Assembly: GCA_045538515.1 (NCBI GenBank) | Contig: JAZSRO010000089.1 | Location: forward strand, 22,840-86,839 | From: Acutalibacteraceae bacterium | GTDB lineage: Bacteria > Bacillota > Clostridia > Oscillospirales > Acutalibacteraceae | Reading direction: 5' to 3' | DNA: 64,000 nucleotides | Part shown: positions 47,500-57,029 of the stretch, piece by piece | How the letters are laid out: each line of letters opens with the position of its first letter | Position numbering within the stretch: position 1 is the first letter of the stretch | The notes under the pieces: generated by a model | The model's database searches: none | The model's input: only the letters and a program-made list of their open reading frames with translations | Told to the model about the DNA's origin: nothing | Program-made: the position numbers and the translations under genes

Positions 47500-50400
47500 T
47501 TATTTCGTTTCGGTAATTCTGGGGGCGGAGAGGATGCCAAGCGGACGGAAGCGGTAACTCTCACTCCATTCTGCATCCTTTGTGTGCCACATATCAGGGC
47601 CAAGCCAAAAACGCTCTTCATCGGCGAGGTGTAGTGCACCGAAAGCATTATAGCGTTGACCGAGAAGCGTGAGTTTGAGCGTATGTTTACCCGCGGGTAA
47701 ACGTCCTAAATCAAGTTTATAAGGCGGATAGATTATATAATCCTTTTTGCCATTCAACTCTACCTTTATTGCGGCACCCGCATAGTGCGGCGCGGTCATT
47801 TCTACCCTGCCGCCTTTAGTTTCAATCTCCACATTATAGGTAATATTTCCGGTATAGTGTGCAAGACCTTGATGTGTTATATCGTCAAATCCGAGCAGCG
47901 TGGGTTTCTTTCCGATACTGCGGTGTTCGCCCTTGACGGTTACACCGAAATCTCCGAGCAGATAGCACCACTCAAGATTTATACGGCGGCCGAACGGCTG
48001 TGTGAGTTCGAGCACATTTTCGCCTTTTTTGAGTGTGGGAAGTGCGACAGTTTCAATGCTCTTGTCTACAAACCAACCGGTAGGCTCCGATTTTATAACC
48101 TTGCCGTTAAGCACGATTTTTGTTTCTCTTGCGTCCTCAAGTGCGAGTTTAACATTCTTAATCTTTTCGTCACACACGAAGGTATAGCAGAGATATACCG
48201 AATGGTCGGGCGCCTGTTTGCCGTAAACCCAAGGTTGTGTTACCCAACCGTCATTTTTAGGCCAACCGAGCGTCTTTCTTACGGCGTTATCAACACGCAT
48301 AATCTCGGTTTCGGGCATAAGGGGTCCGCCGTCAAGCGAATATTCCGCCTTATCAAGCACGAATGCATTGGGCTCATCAAGCGCAAATGAAACAAGTTTC
48401 GGCACTTTTACTGTGACGGTTTCGGTTTCTTTTTCTATTTCTGCTGCTGCGGGTACGCTGTTTCTATCGGTAAACTTGAGAAGAAGTGAATCCAAATCGT
48501 AAACAACCGTTTTTACTACGGTGTTTCCGTTTTCAATTTCCGAACAAATTGGCTTTATATCACCCGTCATTGTATCATAAAGCATTACGCCGTATTCGCC
48601 TTTTAGGGTAATCTTTATTTCCTGTTTTTGGGGAACGTCCTTGTTATACGGTTCTTCACAGTGTGCAATAAAGAGCCAACGGTCGTCACCGTCCTCGCGC
48701 AACTGGTGGATTAGGTCTTCGGTGCGTTCGCCTTTTTTATTGCGAATTTCAACCATACGCGCCGATGCTAATGCGTCCAGCACGCTTTCTTTCATAAAGC
48801 CTGTGCAGTTTGACTTTTCAAAAAGTGCTTTGCCGCGTTCGCTCGGTACGGCATTTTCGTAAATCGGTGCATTTCCAAGGAAAACAAGGTTTCCGCCCGC
48901 CTCTTTGAATGCTTCAAGCCTTTCGAGCGTGGTGCTGCGCAGAGTTTCACAGGCGGGTACTATGATTGTATCGTATTCCATAACGCCGACCTTAAGCGGT
49001 GCGCCGCCCCTTTCGCACTGTGTGGGCAACAATGATTCGCAGATAAAATCAAAATCTATATTACCTGTAAGCAACCACTTTGTAAGATTTTTGAAGTTAT
49101 CATCCATCTGTTTGCGGATTGCGGCGGTCTGCTCCTCAGGTCCGAAATGGAGCCAATAACTTTCAATCGGATGAATAACGCCGACCTTTACAAGCGCTTT
49201 TCCGCGCGTAAGCGCCGTATGTATACGCGAATAATGGTCTTCTACAACACCATAATCCTTGCACCACGGCGACTGATAGTTAAAGGTTGCGGGATAATCG
49301 TGTTTTGCTTCGCCTTTCATTGAAACCCAAGAAAGATGGTGTACGCGTGTGGTAACGCCCAGCGCCGCCTGCCAGTCACCCTGGAATTTATGTCCTCTGA
49401 AATCAAAATCCCAGCCTGTAACGCCGTAAAGTTCGCTCAGAACGCCCTCGCGGCCGTACTGGTGCGATGCCGACTGTGCCTGTTTAACGGTGGTAAGTTC
49501 CACCTGATTGCAGAGCATATCAACGCCCGGCAACTGAAAACTACGGTACGAACGCATTGCTTCACCCAACGCCTGTGACTGACTTTCAAGCGAGGGTTCT
49601 TCCATCATATGACCTGTTAGCATAAGTCCGTGCTCTTGACACCAATTGCCGCATTGGTCGGCAAAGGCAGAGGCGAAAAGTTCTGCCACATGGTCGTGAT
49701 AATGATAACGAACGGTGGAAATCTTGCCGTCAGGCAACTCCCACACGAGTTCGGGCAGATGTGCTACCAAATCTTCGCCGTATTTTGCTGCAAAAGTTTC
49801 CTGTATGTCGTGTGTCCAAGGCAACAACACCTTTTTGCTTTCTTTTGCAAAACCGAGTCTTGTTTTATGTGTAAACTGCGGTTCGTCCGTGAACATCGTG
49901 GGTATAAGTGTACCGAAATCGTCACCGACCACCTCATTATAGCGCTCATAAGTAACCTCGATAAAACGGCGCATTGACGCGGGGTCGAGCGTGTTAATAT
50001 ATGTTTGGTCGTTAAACCACGGAGTCGGGTCAGGCTCTTCCATATAAGCGTACCATTTAACGCCTTCGGCTTCATCATTTTCGGAGAGCAGTTTGGCGCT
50101 TTTAAGGCAGCCGTTTTCATCCAGAACGATATCATAACAAGCGACTAATTCGTCCTTGTTTTCCATATCCTCTCTGTGCAGTCTTTTGATTTCTTCTTCA
50201 ATACTGCGGTCCATAAAGAGAAGATATTTTTCGCGGTAACGCGGGTCTTTTGTAACAATACCGCCCGCCGCGCCCGAGGGCCAACGGTCCTCGTCATAGA
50301 GATATGCGAGCATATCCTCATTTCTCATTTTTTCAACACAGGATTTGATTAAATCCATATGTTCGTCACTCAAATATTCGGTTGCCATACCCGTACGGAC

Positions 50401-50574
50401 ATGCATATGTGCGCCGCCCATACCCATTTGTTTCAGGGTGTCAATCTGGCTTAAAAGTTCTTGCCTGTCGAGTTCGCAGTTCCAAGCCCAGAACGGTGTA
50501 CCGCGATAGGCACTTGTTGGATTTTTGAAAAGTTCTGCCGAAAGAGATGCATCTTTACTCTTGTTATACAGCAT
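47500..50574 (-). CDS. Large (1024 aa) intracellular glycoside hydrolase, family uncertain (possibly GH106-like rhamnosidase type)
   Basis: The N-terminal RGTPFWAWNCELDRQELLSQIDTLKQMGMGGAHMHVRTG...AYLYDEDRWPSGAAGG pattern is one I associate with large TIM-barrel glycosidases. Several beta-sandwich-like C-terminal domains follow. There is no signal peptide. Confidence 0.55.
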   Translation of the reverse strand: MLYNKSKDASLSAELFKNPTSAYRGTPFWAWNCELDRQELLSQIDTLKQMGMGGAHMHVRTGMATEYLSDEHMDLIKSCVEKMRNEDMLAYLYDEDRWPSGAAGGIVTKDPRYREKYLLFMDRSIEEEIKRLHREDMENKDELVACYDIVLDENGCLKSAKLLSENDEAEGVKWYAYMEEPDPTPWFNDQTYINTLDPASMRRFIEVTYERYNEVVGDDFGTLIPTMFTDEPQFTHKTRLGFAKESKKVLLPWTHDIQETFAAKYGEDLVAHLPELVWELPDGKISTVRYHYHDHVAELFASAFADQCGNWCQEHGLMLTGHMMEEPSLESQSQALGEAMRSYRSFQLPGVDMLCNQVELTTVKQAQSASHQYGREGVLSELYGVTGWDFDFRGHKFQGDWQAALGVTTRVHHLSWVSMKGEAKHDYPATFNYQSPWCKDYGVVEDHYSRIHTALTRGKALVKVGVIHPIESYWLHFGPEEQTAAIRKQMDDNFKNLTKWLLTGNIDFDFICESLLPTQCERGGAPLKVGVMEYDTIIVPACETLRSTTLERLEAFKEAGGNLVFLGNAPIYENAVPSERGKALFEKSNCTGFMKESVLDALASARMVEIRNKKGERTEDLIHQLREDGDDRWLFIAHCEEPYNKDVPQKQEIKITLKGEYGVMLYDTMTGDIKPICSEIENGNTVVKTVVYDLDSLLLKFTDRNSVPAAAEIEKETETVTVKVPKLVSFALDEPNAFVLDKAEYSLDGGPLMPETEIMRVDNAVRKTLGWPKNDGWVTQPWVYGKQAPDHSVYLCYTFVCDEKIKNVKLALEDARETKIVLNGKVIKSEPTGWFVDKSIETVALPTLKKGENVLELTQPFGRRINLEWCYLLGDFGVTVKGEHRSIGKKPTLLGFDDITHQGLAHYTGNITYNVEIETKGGRVEMTAPHYAGAAIKVELNGKKDYIIYPPYKLDLGRLPAGKHTLKLTLLGQRYNAFGALHLADEERFWLGPDMWHTKDAEWSESYRFRPLGILSAPRITETK

Positions 50575-50658
50575 AAAATTACCTCCGCCTGTATCTTGCT
50601 GATATTAAAAATAACACATAATAAATTACAAGTAAATGCGTTATTTGGCTGTTTTTAT

Positions 50659-52122
50659 TTATGGTATTGGAATCTCGCCGTCACGCACCTGTTTCATAAG
50701 TTCTGTGCCGTGTTCTATCGTAGTCATATCGGGCAACATAACATAGGCGTTAAATCCAAGCGAATAAGGTCTTCTCCACGCGCCCGTACCGTCTGCCGAG
50801 TATGATGTTACATTCCATTTTGTGCCTTTTGCGAGTTGGCGTTTTATAAGTTCTGTAATACGCTCATACGGCATATCGGTTTCAAATGCGCCTTTAAGGC
50901 TATCAAGCGTTTGCTTGTAGTTTGCAATTATTGCAGGGCTTGTTGCCTTATCTATAACGCCCTTTATTACCGCCATCTGATTTCTGCCGCGCTGACGGTC
51001 GCCCCCCGCGACCGAATAACGCTCGCGCGCAAAAGAAAGCGCTTGTTCGCCGTTTAAGAAGTTTTCGCCCTTACTGTAGGTGTATCCACCCGTAGAAAAA
51101 GCATACTGTGAATTAACAGTTACACCGCCGAGAGCGTCTATAATATCTTTGAATCCGTCAAAATTAACCCTGAAATGATAGTCAATATCAATATCATAAA
51201 GCATACAGAGTGTATCGCGGCTGACATTTATGCCGTATATTCCCGCGTGGGTTAGTTTATCAAGTTGACCGTTTGAAATCGAAAGCGGCACAAAATAATC
51301 GCGCGGGGTTGAAATAAGCAGAATTTGCCCCGTTTCTATATTGACCGTTGCCAAAATATTAACATCGCTTCGGCTTCGGCGCCTTATGCTTCCAAAACAG
51401 TCTATCCCGCTTATATAAACCGTAAAAATATTTTCATTTTTAGGCTCGGCTTTATATTCGGGCGTTTCTATGAGACTTTTAACCGTATGGATTTTACGGA
51501 TTTTTTCTTTATCTTCTTTATGGTCTTCGGTATCCTCAAGCAGTTCTAAAAAACTCTCATTTACCACTATTGCATCTACCTTTTGAGAGAAAAGCAGGCC
51601 GTCCATAAGGCGTTCTATGCTTTCGTATTCACCCGTCAAGAGCGTTTTTCCAAGCGCTGTATTTATTTCATTTAAGGCAAAATCGGTTGCGGCTCGGTCT
51701 TGTATTTCCAGTAAACCTATTTTGTAATCCGCTATATCGGAAAGACTTTGTGCCGCGTCATCTTTACGGACATAAACGCTTATTTCAGAATATTCTTCGC
51801 TCTGCGTTGTAATATCTTTGAGCGCTTTGCTGCCCACTATTGTAAAATAGCAACCCGCCGTCTCGACAAAAAGCAAAATCGCCGTAAGCACACAGGAAAG
51901 CACCAAAAGCACACGCTTTTTTGTGTTTTTTGCAAGGAAGAACACACCCGCCGTTACAAGCAATGAAGCCAACGCACAAAGGGTTATTATCTGCCAAGTT
52001 AACAATTTTGTAGCAATAAGTAAACACACAAACACAACATCTGCAACAAATAAACCGGCAGAAAGCGAAAGTGCAAGTGCCAGGGGTTTTAATTTTTCTT
52101 TCACAATATCACCTCGTGACAT
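50659..52122 (-). CDS. LCP (LytR-CpsA-Psr) family cell-wall glycopolymer ligase
   Basis: Three N-terminal TM helices. The LCP core carries RSDVNILATVN...LLISTPRDYFVPL and ARERYSVAGGDRQRGRNQ. Confidence 0.85.
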   Translation of the reverse strand: MSRGDIVKEKLKPLALALSLSAGLFVADVVFVCLLIATKLLTWQIITLCALASLLVTAGVFFLAKNTKKRVLLVLSCVLTAILLFVETAGCYFTIVGSKALKDITTQSEEYSEISVYVRKDDAAQSLSDIADYKIGLLEIQDRAATDFALNEINTALGKTLLTGEYESIERLMDGLLFSQKVDAIVVNESFLELLEDTEDHKEDKEKIRKIHTVKSLIETPEYKAEPKNENIFTVYISGIDCFGSIRRRSRSDVNILATVNIETGQILLISTPRDYFVPLSISNGQLDKLTHAGIYGINVSRDTLCMLYDIDIDYHFRVNFDGFKDIIDALGGVTVNSQYAFSTGGYTYSKGENFLNGEQALSFARERYSVAGGDRQRGRNQMAVIKGVIDKATSPAIIANYKQTLDSLKGAFETDMPYERITELIKRQLAKGTKWNVTSYSADGTGAWRRPYSLGFNAYVMLPDMTTIEHGTELMKQVRDGEIPIP

Positions 52123-52125
52123 TTT

Positions 52126-53256
52126 CTAAAAAATACCAAGTTCTTCTCTGCAAAAAGGTGCTTTGAAATATTTATCGTTAAGCGGCTCACCGAATTTTCG
52201 GTGGCGAATAATGTTTACAAGTTGCTCTACATCCTCTATCTCGTGGTAATGTTCGCCTTTGCGATAATACCAAATAAGATTATCCTCAGCACCCAAGAGT
52301 GAAAATGCGGGTTTAGCGGCGTTTGTTGTATACAGACTGCCGACAGGGTTTGCCCAGATATCACTTGCCGCCTCTGACACAAAGAGTACGCGAGGTGCAA
52401 CCATCGCTTTAAGGAAATGTGCATCAAACGGCAGTTTTTCGGGGCAATCGGCATATTTGCCCATATCTGCGCCCATCCAAAAACCGAAATTGTTCCAAAG
52501 GTCATAAAGCATTTCGCTTCTTCCTGTGGTGCCATCCTCTTTTATAGCCTCTACTTCAAGACGGTAGCAACTACAGGCACCCGCACAGGTCTCATTAGGG
52601 TTGACAATCGCGGCGCGCTCGTCCAGTACACCTGCAAGCATTGCGGTTTTTCCGCCGCGCGAATGTCCCGTAAACGCGATATTATCCATATCGACTATGC
52701 CCAGTTTCGATATCGCATCAACACAGCGCGAATAGCCCCACGCCCAAGCGCCGATTGCACCAAATGTATATTCGGGGTAACAATTATAAAGCGGTGCGTT
52801 TCTTCCCGCCGCCTTGTCATCGGGCACAAGTTCTGTGCGGTTAAAGAGCACAAGCGTTACACCGTTTTCTATAAAGGTGTTTATATATTCCTTATCAAAA
52901 GAATACGGAAAACACAAATCACCGTCAATTGCCACAGGCGGTAATCCGTCCCCCTTCTTCTTTGCGTTTATAACGCGCATTACAAAACTGACAGGAAAAT
53001 CGCGTCTGCCGGTTATTATTCTGTAAGAAGAATGTTTTGCGCCATCAACATAAAGCGGTTCAACCTCTAAAAACTCCGGTTTTGGCGGCATTGTGCCGTA
53101 CTGCAATTCAACAGCCGTTTTATAAATTTCTTCGCGGCGTTTTTGCCAGTTTTCACGGGTTACTTCCTGACCGTTTTCAAGTTTCATAAGACAGGGCAAT
53201 TCGCCCAAAAGTTCGCATTTTGTTACCTTTATAAGATTTTCGTCCATAAAAGTCAC
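52126..53256 (-). CDS. CE15-like glucuronoyl esterase (alpha/beta hydrolase)
   Basis: TGHSRGGKTAM matches the G-x-S-R-x-G-K nucleophile motif of CE15. There is no signal peptide. Confidence 0.6.
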   Translation of the reverse strand: MTFMDENLIKVTKCELLGELPCLMKLENGQEVTRENWQKRREEIYKTAVELQYGTMPPKPEFLEVEPLYVDGAKHSSYRIITGRRDFPVSFVMRVINAKKKGDGLPPVAIDGDLCFPYSFDKEYINTFIENGVTLVLFNRTELVPDDKAAGRNAPLYNCYPEYTFGAIGAWAWGYSRCVDAISKLGIVDMDNIAFTGHSRGGKTAMLAGVLDERAAIVNPNETCAGACSCYRLEVEAIKEDGTTGRSEMLYDLWNNFGFWMGADMGKYADCPEKLPFDAHFLKAMVAPRVLFVSEAASDIWANPVGSLYTTNAAKPAFSLLGAEDNLIWYYRKGEHYHEIEDVEQLVNIIRHRKFGEPLNDKYFKAPFCREELGIF

Positions 53257-53289
53257 TCCCTTAACTACATTATTATATCACACAAAAAT

Positions 53290-53328
53290 AAAAACGGCAA
53301 TCGGTCAAAATGACAAATTGCCGTTTTT
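53290..53328 (-). terminator. Terminator after the NhaC gene
   Basis: AAAACGGCAAT (53291-53301) pairs with ATTGCCGTTTT (53317-53327). Confidence 0.7.
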
Positions 53329-53338
53329 TATAAAATTT

Positions 53339-54898
53339 TTACGCTGCCTGTTTTTTCGATGTGGCTTTTATAATTACAACAACCACTGCAAAAATCACAA
53401 GTGCGACCGCCCACATAGCAACAGCCGAAATAACCGAACCGAACGATGAAAGCAATCCTGCAACTATGTATGAAACGAAAGAGATTACCGCAACGAGCGT
53501 TGCATACGGAAGTTGGGTTTTAACATGGTCAACATGGTTACAGTTACCGCCGGTTGAGGCGAGGATTGTGGTATCCGAGATGGGCGAAACATGGTCGCCG
53601 TAAACCGCACCGCCAAGGGTTGCCGAAACGGTGAGAAGTACAAGTGTGCCGCTGCCGCCGAGAATGGTTACCGCAATGGGAACGAGAACGCCGAATGTTC
53701 CCCAGGATGTTCCCGTGGAAAATGCAATTACACAGGCAAGAACAAAGAATATTGCCGGGAAGAAGGACTGTACTGTGGCAGGAATCTTCTCCATATTGGT
53801 CTGTACGAATGCCTGTGCATCAAGATATCCGCCCTTAGCACCCATAATACCCGCAATACTCCAGGCAAATGTGAGGATTAAAATGGCGGGTACCATTGTC
53901 TTAAAGCCCTGTGTGAAACTGCCCGTTATTTCCTTGAAAGAAACAACCTTTGTTATCATATAGTATATCGAAACAAGAATCAGTGCAACAGTAGAGCCGA
54001 TTGCAAGAGATGTTCCCGCATCGCAGTTGGCAAATGCTTCTATAACATTGGCAGACTGTACTTTTGTGCCGTAAACGCAGTTGTCCCAATCGTAATAAAA
54101 TCCCGAATAAATCATTCCGCCAACACAGCATGCTATCAGGATTATAACAGGGATAATAAGGTGACGGACCTTGCCTTTTTTGTTAGCAACGATTGACGAA
54201 TCCTCGTCTGTCGGAAGGTCTGTTTCACCTGCGTTAAGGTCGCCCTCTGTTTCGGCTATGTATTCATTTTTCTTCATCTTGCCGAAATCCGCTTTAATGT
54301 AGCAGAAAAGGAAAACCATTATAATAGTAAGAATTGCGTAGACATTAAAAGGTATTGTTTTAATGAAAACGGTAAGTCCGTTACCCTCAAGTTGTCCCGA
54401 AACCGCTGCTGCCCACGAAGAAATGGGGGCTATGATACAAACAGGGGCTGCTGTAGAGTCGATTATCCACGCAAGTTTCGAGTGCGAAACCTTGAATTTG
54501 TCTGTTATGGGACGCATAACCGAGCCAACTGTCAGACAGTTAAAATAGTCGTCTACGAAAATAAGACAACCAAGTGCGCTTGTTGCCGCCAAGGCACCGC
54601 TTTTGGACTTGATTTTCTTTCCTGCCCAATCGCCGTAGGCTTTAGAGCCGCCCGACTTTTGCATTAAAACAACAAAAATACCAAGCACTACAAGAAAAAC
54701 GAGTATTGGTGCGTTGCTTCCAACCTTTTCACTCATAACCGTATAAAGTGTGCCAAGCGCCTGTAGCGGATTACCGCCCGTGTACATAAGTGCGCCTGTG
54801 AGAATACCCACAAACAAAGAAACATAAACCTGTTTGGTCAAAAGTGCGAGTACAATCGCAACCAAAGCAGGAGCGAATGCCCAGATTGTTCCTTCCAT
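53339..54898 (-). CDS. NhaC-family Na+/H+ antiporter
   Basis: 519 aa with about 12 TM helices. The N-terminus GTIWAFAPALVAIVLALLTKQVYVSLFVGIL is typical of the family. Confidence 0.8.
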   Translation of the reverse strand: MEGTIWAFAPALVAIVLALLTKQVYVSLFVGILTGALMYTGGNPLQALGTLYTVMSEKVGSNAPILVFLVVLGIFVVLMQKSGGSKAYGDWAGKKIKSKSGALAATSALGCLIFVDDYFNCLTVGSVMRPITDKFKVSHSKLAWIIDSTAAPVCIIAPISSWAAAVSGQLEGNGLTVFIKTIPFNVYAILTIIMVFLFCYIKADFGKMKKNEYIAETEGDLNAGETDLPTDEDSSIVANKKGKVRHLIIPVIILIACCVGGMIYSGFYYDWDNCVYGTKVQSANVIEAFANCDAGTSLAIGSTVALILVSIYYMITKVVSFKEITGSFTQGFKTMVPAILILTFAWSIAGIMGAKGGYLDAQAFVQTNMEKIPATVQSFFPAIFFVLACVIAFSTGTSWGTFGVLVPIAVTILGGSGTLVLLTVSATLGGAVYGDHVSPISDTTILASTGGNCNHVDHVKTQLPYATLVAVISFVSYIVAGLLSSFGSVISAVAMWAVALVIFAVVVVIIKATSKKQAA

Positions 54899-54964
54899 AT
54901 TAATCTTCCTTTCGGTTTTTTATGCGGAAAATTATAGCATATATGCAAAAAAATGTAAAGTTAT

Positions 54965-56185
54965 TTATTTTTTAGGCAAAATATAATGTTGCGGTAAACC
55001 GTTCTTCGTTCGAATTGTTGGCTCACCTTGAATCAGAGGCAAACAGTAATCTATCACATCGCGCGTAACATCGTTGCCTTTCTTATTTATCCACTCGTCA
55101 GGGAAATATTTTACGCGGTTGGCAACAAGGCTTACATCTACAGGCTCTATCTTTATATTGTACGGTTTGTCCGAAACACGCACAAACGCCATCATAACAC
55201 CCGATTTACCCTTAAGTGCCGCCTCGACTGCCGCGCCGCCAACGAGTTCTGCCTCCACGATATCGCGTTTTGATAAAAGGTGTGACGAGCAACGCTGCAT
55301 AACATTGAGTTCTATTGAACGCACCTTGCAACCGACTTCCTTTGTGACAACCTTTTCAAGTGAACGCGCAACACCCGCAAGATATTTATGACCGAAAATA
55401 TCATTTTTGCCCGATTGGAAGTTTTCTTCAACTTCATCGGGGTTGAGTTCTACACCCTCTGAAAGTGCCACAATAACCGATGTGTGCTTTTTCTGCACAC
55501 GCTTTACATCCTCTACAAACTGTTTGCAAGAGAACGGTTTTTCGGGAAGATAAATAAGATGCGGTGCGCTTTCGCCGTTTGCGCGTAAAAGTGCGCTCGA
55601 TGCCGTAAGCCAACCTGTATCTCGTCCCATTATTTCAACAATTGTAACAGAGGGAATGGAATAAACACTGCTGTCACGCGTGATTTCAAACATTGTTGTA
55701 GCAACATATTTTGCCGCCGAGCCAAACCCGGGGGTGTGGTCGGTTTCGGGAAGGTCGTTGTCTATTGTCTTTGGAACACCGATAGCCTTTACATCGATAC
55801 CGTTCGCCTCAAAATAAGCGTGGAGTTTCATAACGGTATCCATCGAATCGTTGCCGCCTATATAGAAAAATGCAGAAATATCGTTTTTCTTCAGGTTTTT
55901 AACAATCTTTTCATAAACCTCGGAATCGGTGTTATAATCGGGAAGTTTATACCTGCAAGAGCCAAGCACCGTTGACGGCGTTTGTCTTATAAGGTCAATA
56001 TCATCATCGGTTTTTATGATGTCTGTAAGGTCTACAAGGTTGCCGTATATAAGCCCCTCTATTCCGTTTACAGAGCCATAAACCTTATCAATCTCCGCAT
56101 ATTTACCCGCCTGTGTAAAAACGCCCAGGAGTGACGAATTTATAGCAACGGTTGGTCCGCCTGACTGTGCAACAACAATGTTCAT
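54965..56185 (-). CDS. pfp: Pyrophosphate-dependent 6-phosphofructokinase (PPi-PFK)
   Basis: PFK fold (SGGPTVAINSS, MGRDTGW). IGGNDS and PKTIDNDL place Asp and Lys at the positions equivalent to E. coli PfkA Gly104 and Gly124, the signature of PPi-dependent enzymes. Confidence 0.8.
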   Translation of the reverse strand: MNIVVAQSGGPTVAINSSLLGVFTQAGKYAEIDKVYGSVNGIEGLIYGNLVDLTDIIKTDDDIDLIRQTPSTVLGSCRYKLPDYNTDSEVYEKIVKNLKKNDISAFFYIGGNDSMDTVMKLHAYFEANGIDVKAIGVPKTIDNDLPETDHTPGFGSAAKYVATTMFEITRDSSVYSIPSVTIVEIMGRDTGWLTASSALLRANGESAPHLIYLPEKPFSCKQFVEDVKRVQKKHTSVIVALSEGVELNPDEVEENFQSGKNDIFGHKYLAGVARSLEKVVTKEVGCKVRSIELNVMQRCSSHLLSKRDIVEAELVGGAAVEAALKGKSGVMMAFVRVSDKPYNIKIEPVDVSLVANRVKYFPDEWINKKGNDVTRDVIDYCLPLIQGEPTIRTKNGLPQHYILPKK

Positions 56186-56306
56186 TAAAAACTCTCCTCA
56201 ATTCTATTTTGTGTTATATCCATTTTACCATAAAACCGCCAAAAAACAAGACACACAGGCAATTTTTGTTAAAAAAGCGGTAAAAAACATTATTTTGAAA
56301 AAAGTG

Positions 56307-56335
56307 TTGACAAAACTTTTCTGTTATGATATATT
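56307..56335 (+). promoter_or_regulatory. Sigma-A-type promoter of the tRNA pair
   Basis: TTGACA (56307-56312), a 17-nt spacer ending in TGa, then TATATT (56330-56335). It lies 17 nt upstream of tRNA-Thr. Confidence 0.6.
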
Positions 56336-56352
56336 TATTTTTGCTGTTAAGC

Positions 56353-56428
56353 GCTGGTGTAGCTCAGTTGGTAGAGCAGCTGATTTGTAATCAGCAGGTC
56401 GGGGGTTCGAGTCCGTCCACCAGCTCCA
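56353..56428 (+). tRNA. tRNA-Thr (anticodon UGU)
   Basis: Acceptor GCTGGTG/CACCAGC, D-arm GCTC-AGTTGGTA-GAGC, anticodon arm GCTGA-TTTGTAA-TCAGC, T-loop TTCGAGT, and an encoded CCA. There is one mismatch in the T-stem. Confidence 0.85.
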
Positions 56429-56468
56429 GTTTTCTAACGAGTTCTAAAACGGACTCACAATTTAATAT

Positions 56469-56554
56469 GGGAGAGTTCCCGAGTGGCCAAAGGGGACAGA
56501 CTGTAAATCTGCTGCGTAATCGCTTCGATGGTTCGAATCCGTCCTCTCCCACCA
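56469..56554 (+). tRNA. tRNA-Tyr (anticodon GUA), class II with a long variable arm
   Basis: Acceptor GGGAGAG/CTCTCCC, anticodon loop CTGTAAA, a long variable arm, T-arm GATGG-TTCGAAT-CCGTC, and an encoded CCA. Confidence 0.9.
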
Positions 56555-56708
56555 AATTAGAAGAGTACCACCGTAAGGTTGGTGCTCTTTTAATTTTTGG
56601 CTGAGGGGACGAGATGAGAACAGGGTGTGCCGTCCGCAGACGGCAAAAACAGTTCGGGGAACTGTTTTTAACCCGCGGTCCTTTAGGCGAATCCGTCCTC
56701 TCCCACCA
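56552..56708 (+). repeat. 157-bp direct repeat, copy R157-a: tRNA terminator + structured segment + pseudo tRNA-Tyr 3' end
   Basis: 156 of 157 nt are identical to 60696-60852. It contains the bulged terminator AAGAGTACCACC-GTAA-GGTTGGTGCTCTT-TTAATTTTT, hairpins GCCGTC-CGCA-GACGGC and AAACAGTTC-GGGG-AACTGTTT, and ends in GGCGAATCCGTCCTCTCCCACCA (the tRNA-Tyr 3' end lacking TT in the T-loop). Confidence 0.9.
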
Positions 56709-56744
56709 AAAAATCGACTTGTGAAAACAAGTCGATTTTTTTAT

Positions 56745-56933
56745 CCATTGCGAAAGCAATGGTATATCATCAACGATAGCGTTGCTATCGTTGTATCTCA
56801 TCAGTCCGTCAGGACTGTATATCATCACGCGTCAGCGTGTAGCAAAAAAACTTTCGCAATGATGATATACAAAACTCCGTTTTGATGATATGCAATTCCT
56901 TTCGGAATAGATGATATACAATGCTTCGCATTG
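56745..56933 (+). repeat. Hairpin-spaced 10-mer array, copy C (TATATCATCA family)
   Basis: Forward 10-mers lie at 56763, 56794 and 56818. Inverted TGATGATATA-type 10-mers lie at 56860, 56883 and 56909. Seven distinct mini-hairpins lie between them, for example CCATTGC-GAAA-GCAATGG, ACGATAGC-GTT-GCTATCGT and ATTCC-TTTC-GGAAT. Confidence 0.8.
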
Positions 56934-57029
56934 ATTTGCTTGTAAATTTATGCTACAATAAATTAAAGGCGGTGATACTGTGCAAAAAAAGGCAAGAAAA
57001 AACTTTTTTTAATTTCTCTGTTCCTTATT

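Noticed and set aside
56590-56708. A third tRNA or a tmRNA-like gene inside the 157-bp repeat
   Set aside because: Only the 3' acceptor strand and part of the T-arm match tRNA-Tyr. The T-loop lacks two bases, there is no complementary 5' acceptor strand, and the segment is far too short for tmRNA. I treat it as a pseudo-tRNA or att-like remnant.
56614-56724. A 36-aa basic peptide ORF (MRTGCAVRRRQKQFGELFLTRGPLGESVLSHQKIDL) with a GAGGGGA Shine-Dalgarno-like sequence inside R157-a; the equivalent in R157-b is 60758-60982
   Set aside because: The two copies end differently (36 versus 74 aa) because the sequence diverges after the repeat. The region is dominated by hairpins. The single difference between copies is synonymous but cannot discriminate on its own. 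Coding remains unproven.
56391-56828. 145-aa minus-strand ORF, and the 56326-56604 and 56625-56885 plus-strand ORFs
   Set aside because: They run through two tRNA genes, a terminator and the hairpin array. They are artefacts of ORF calling.
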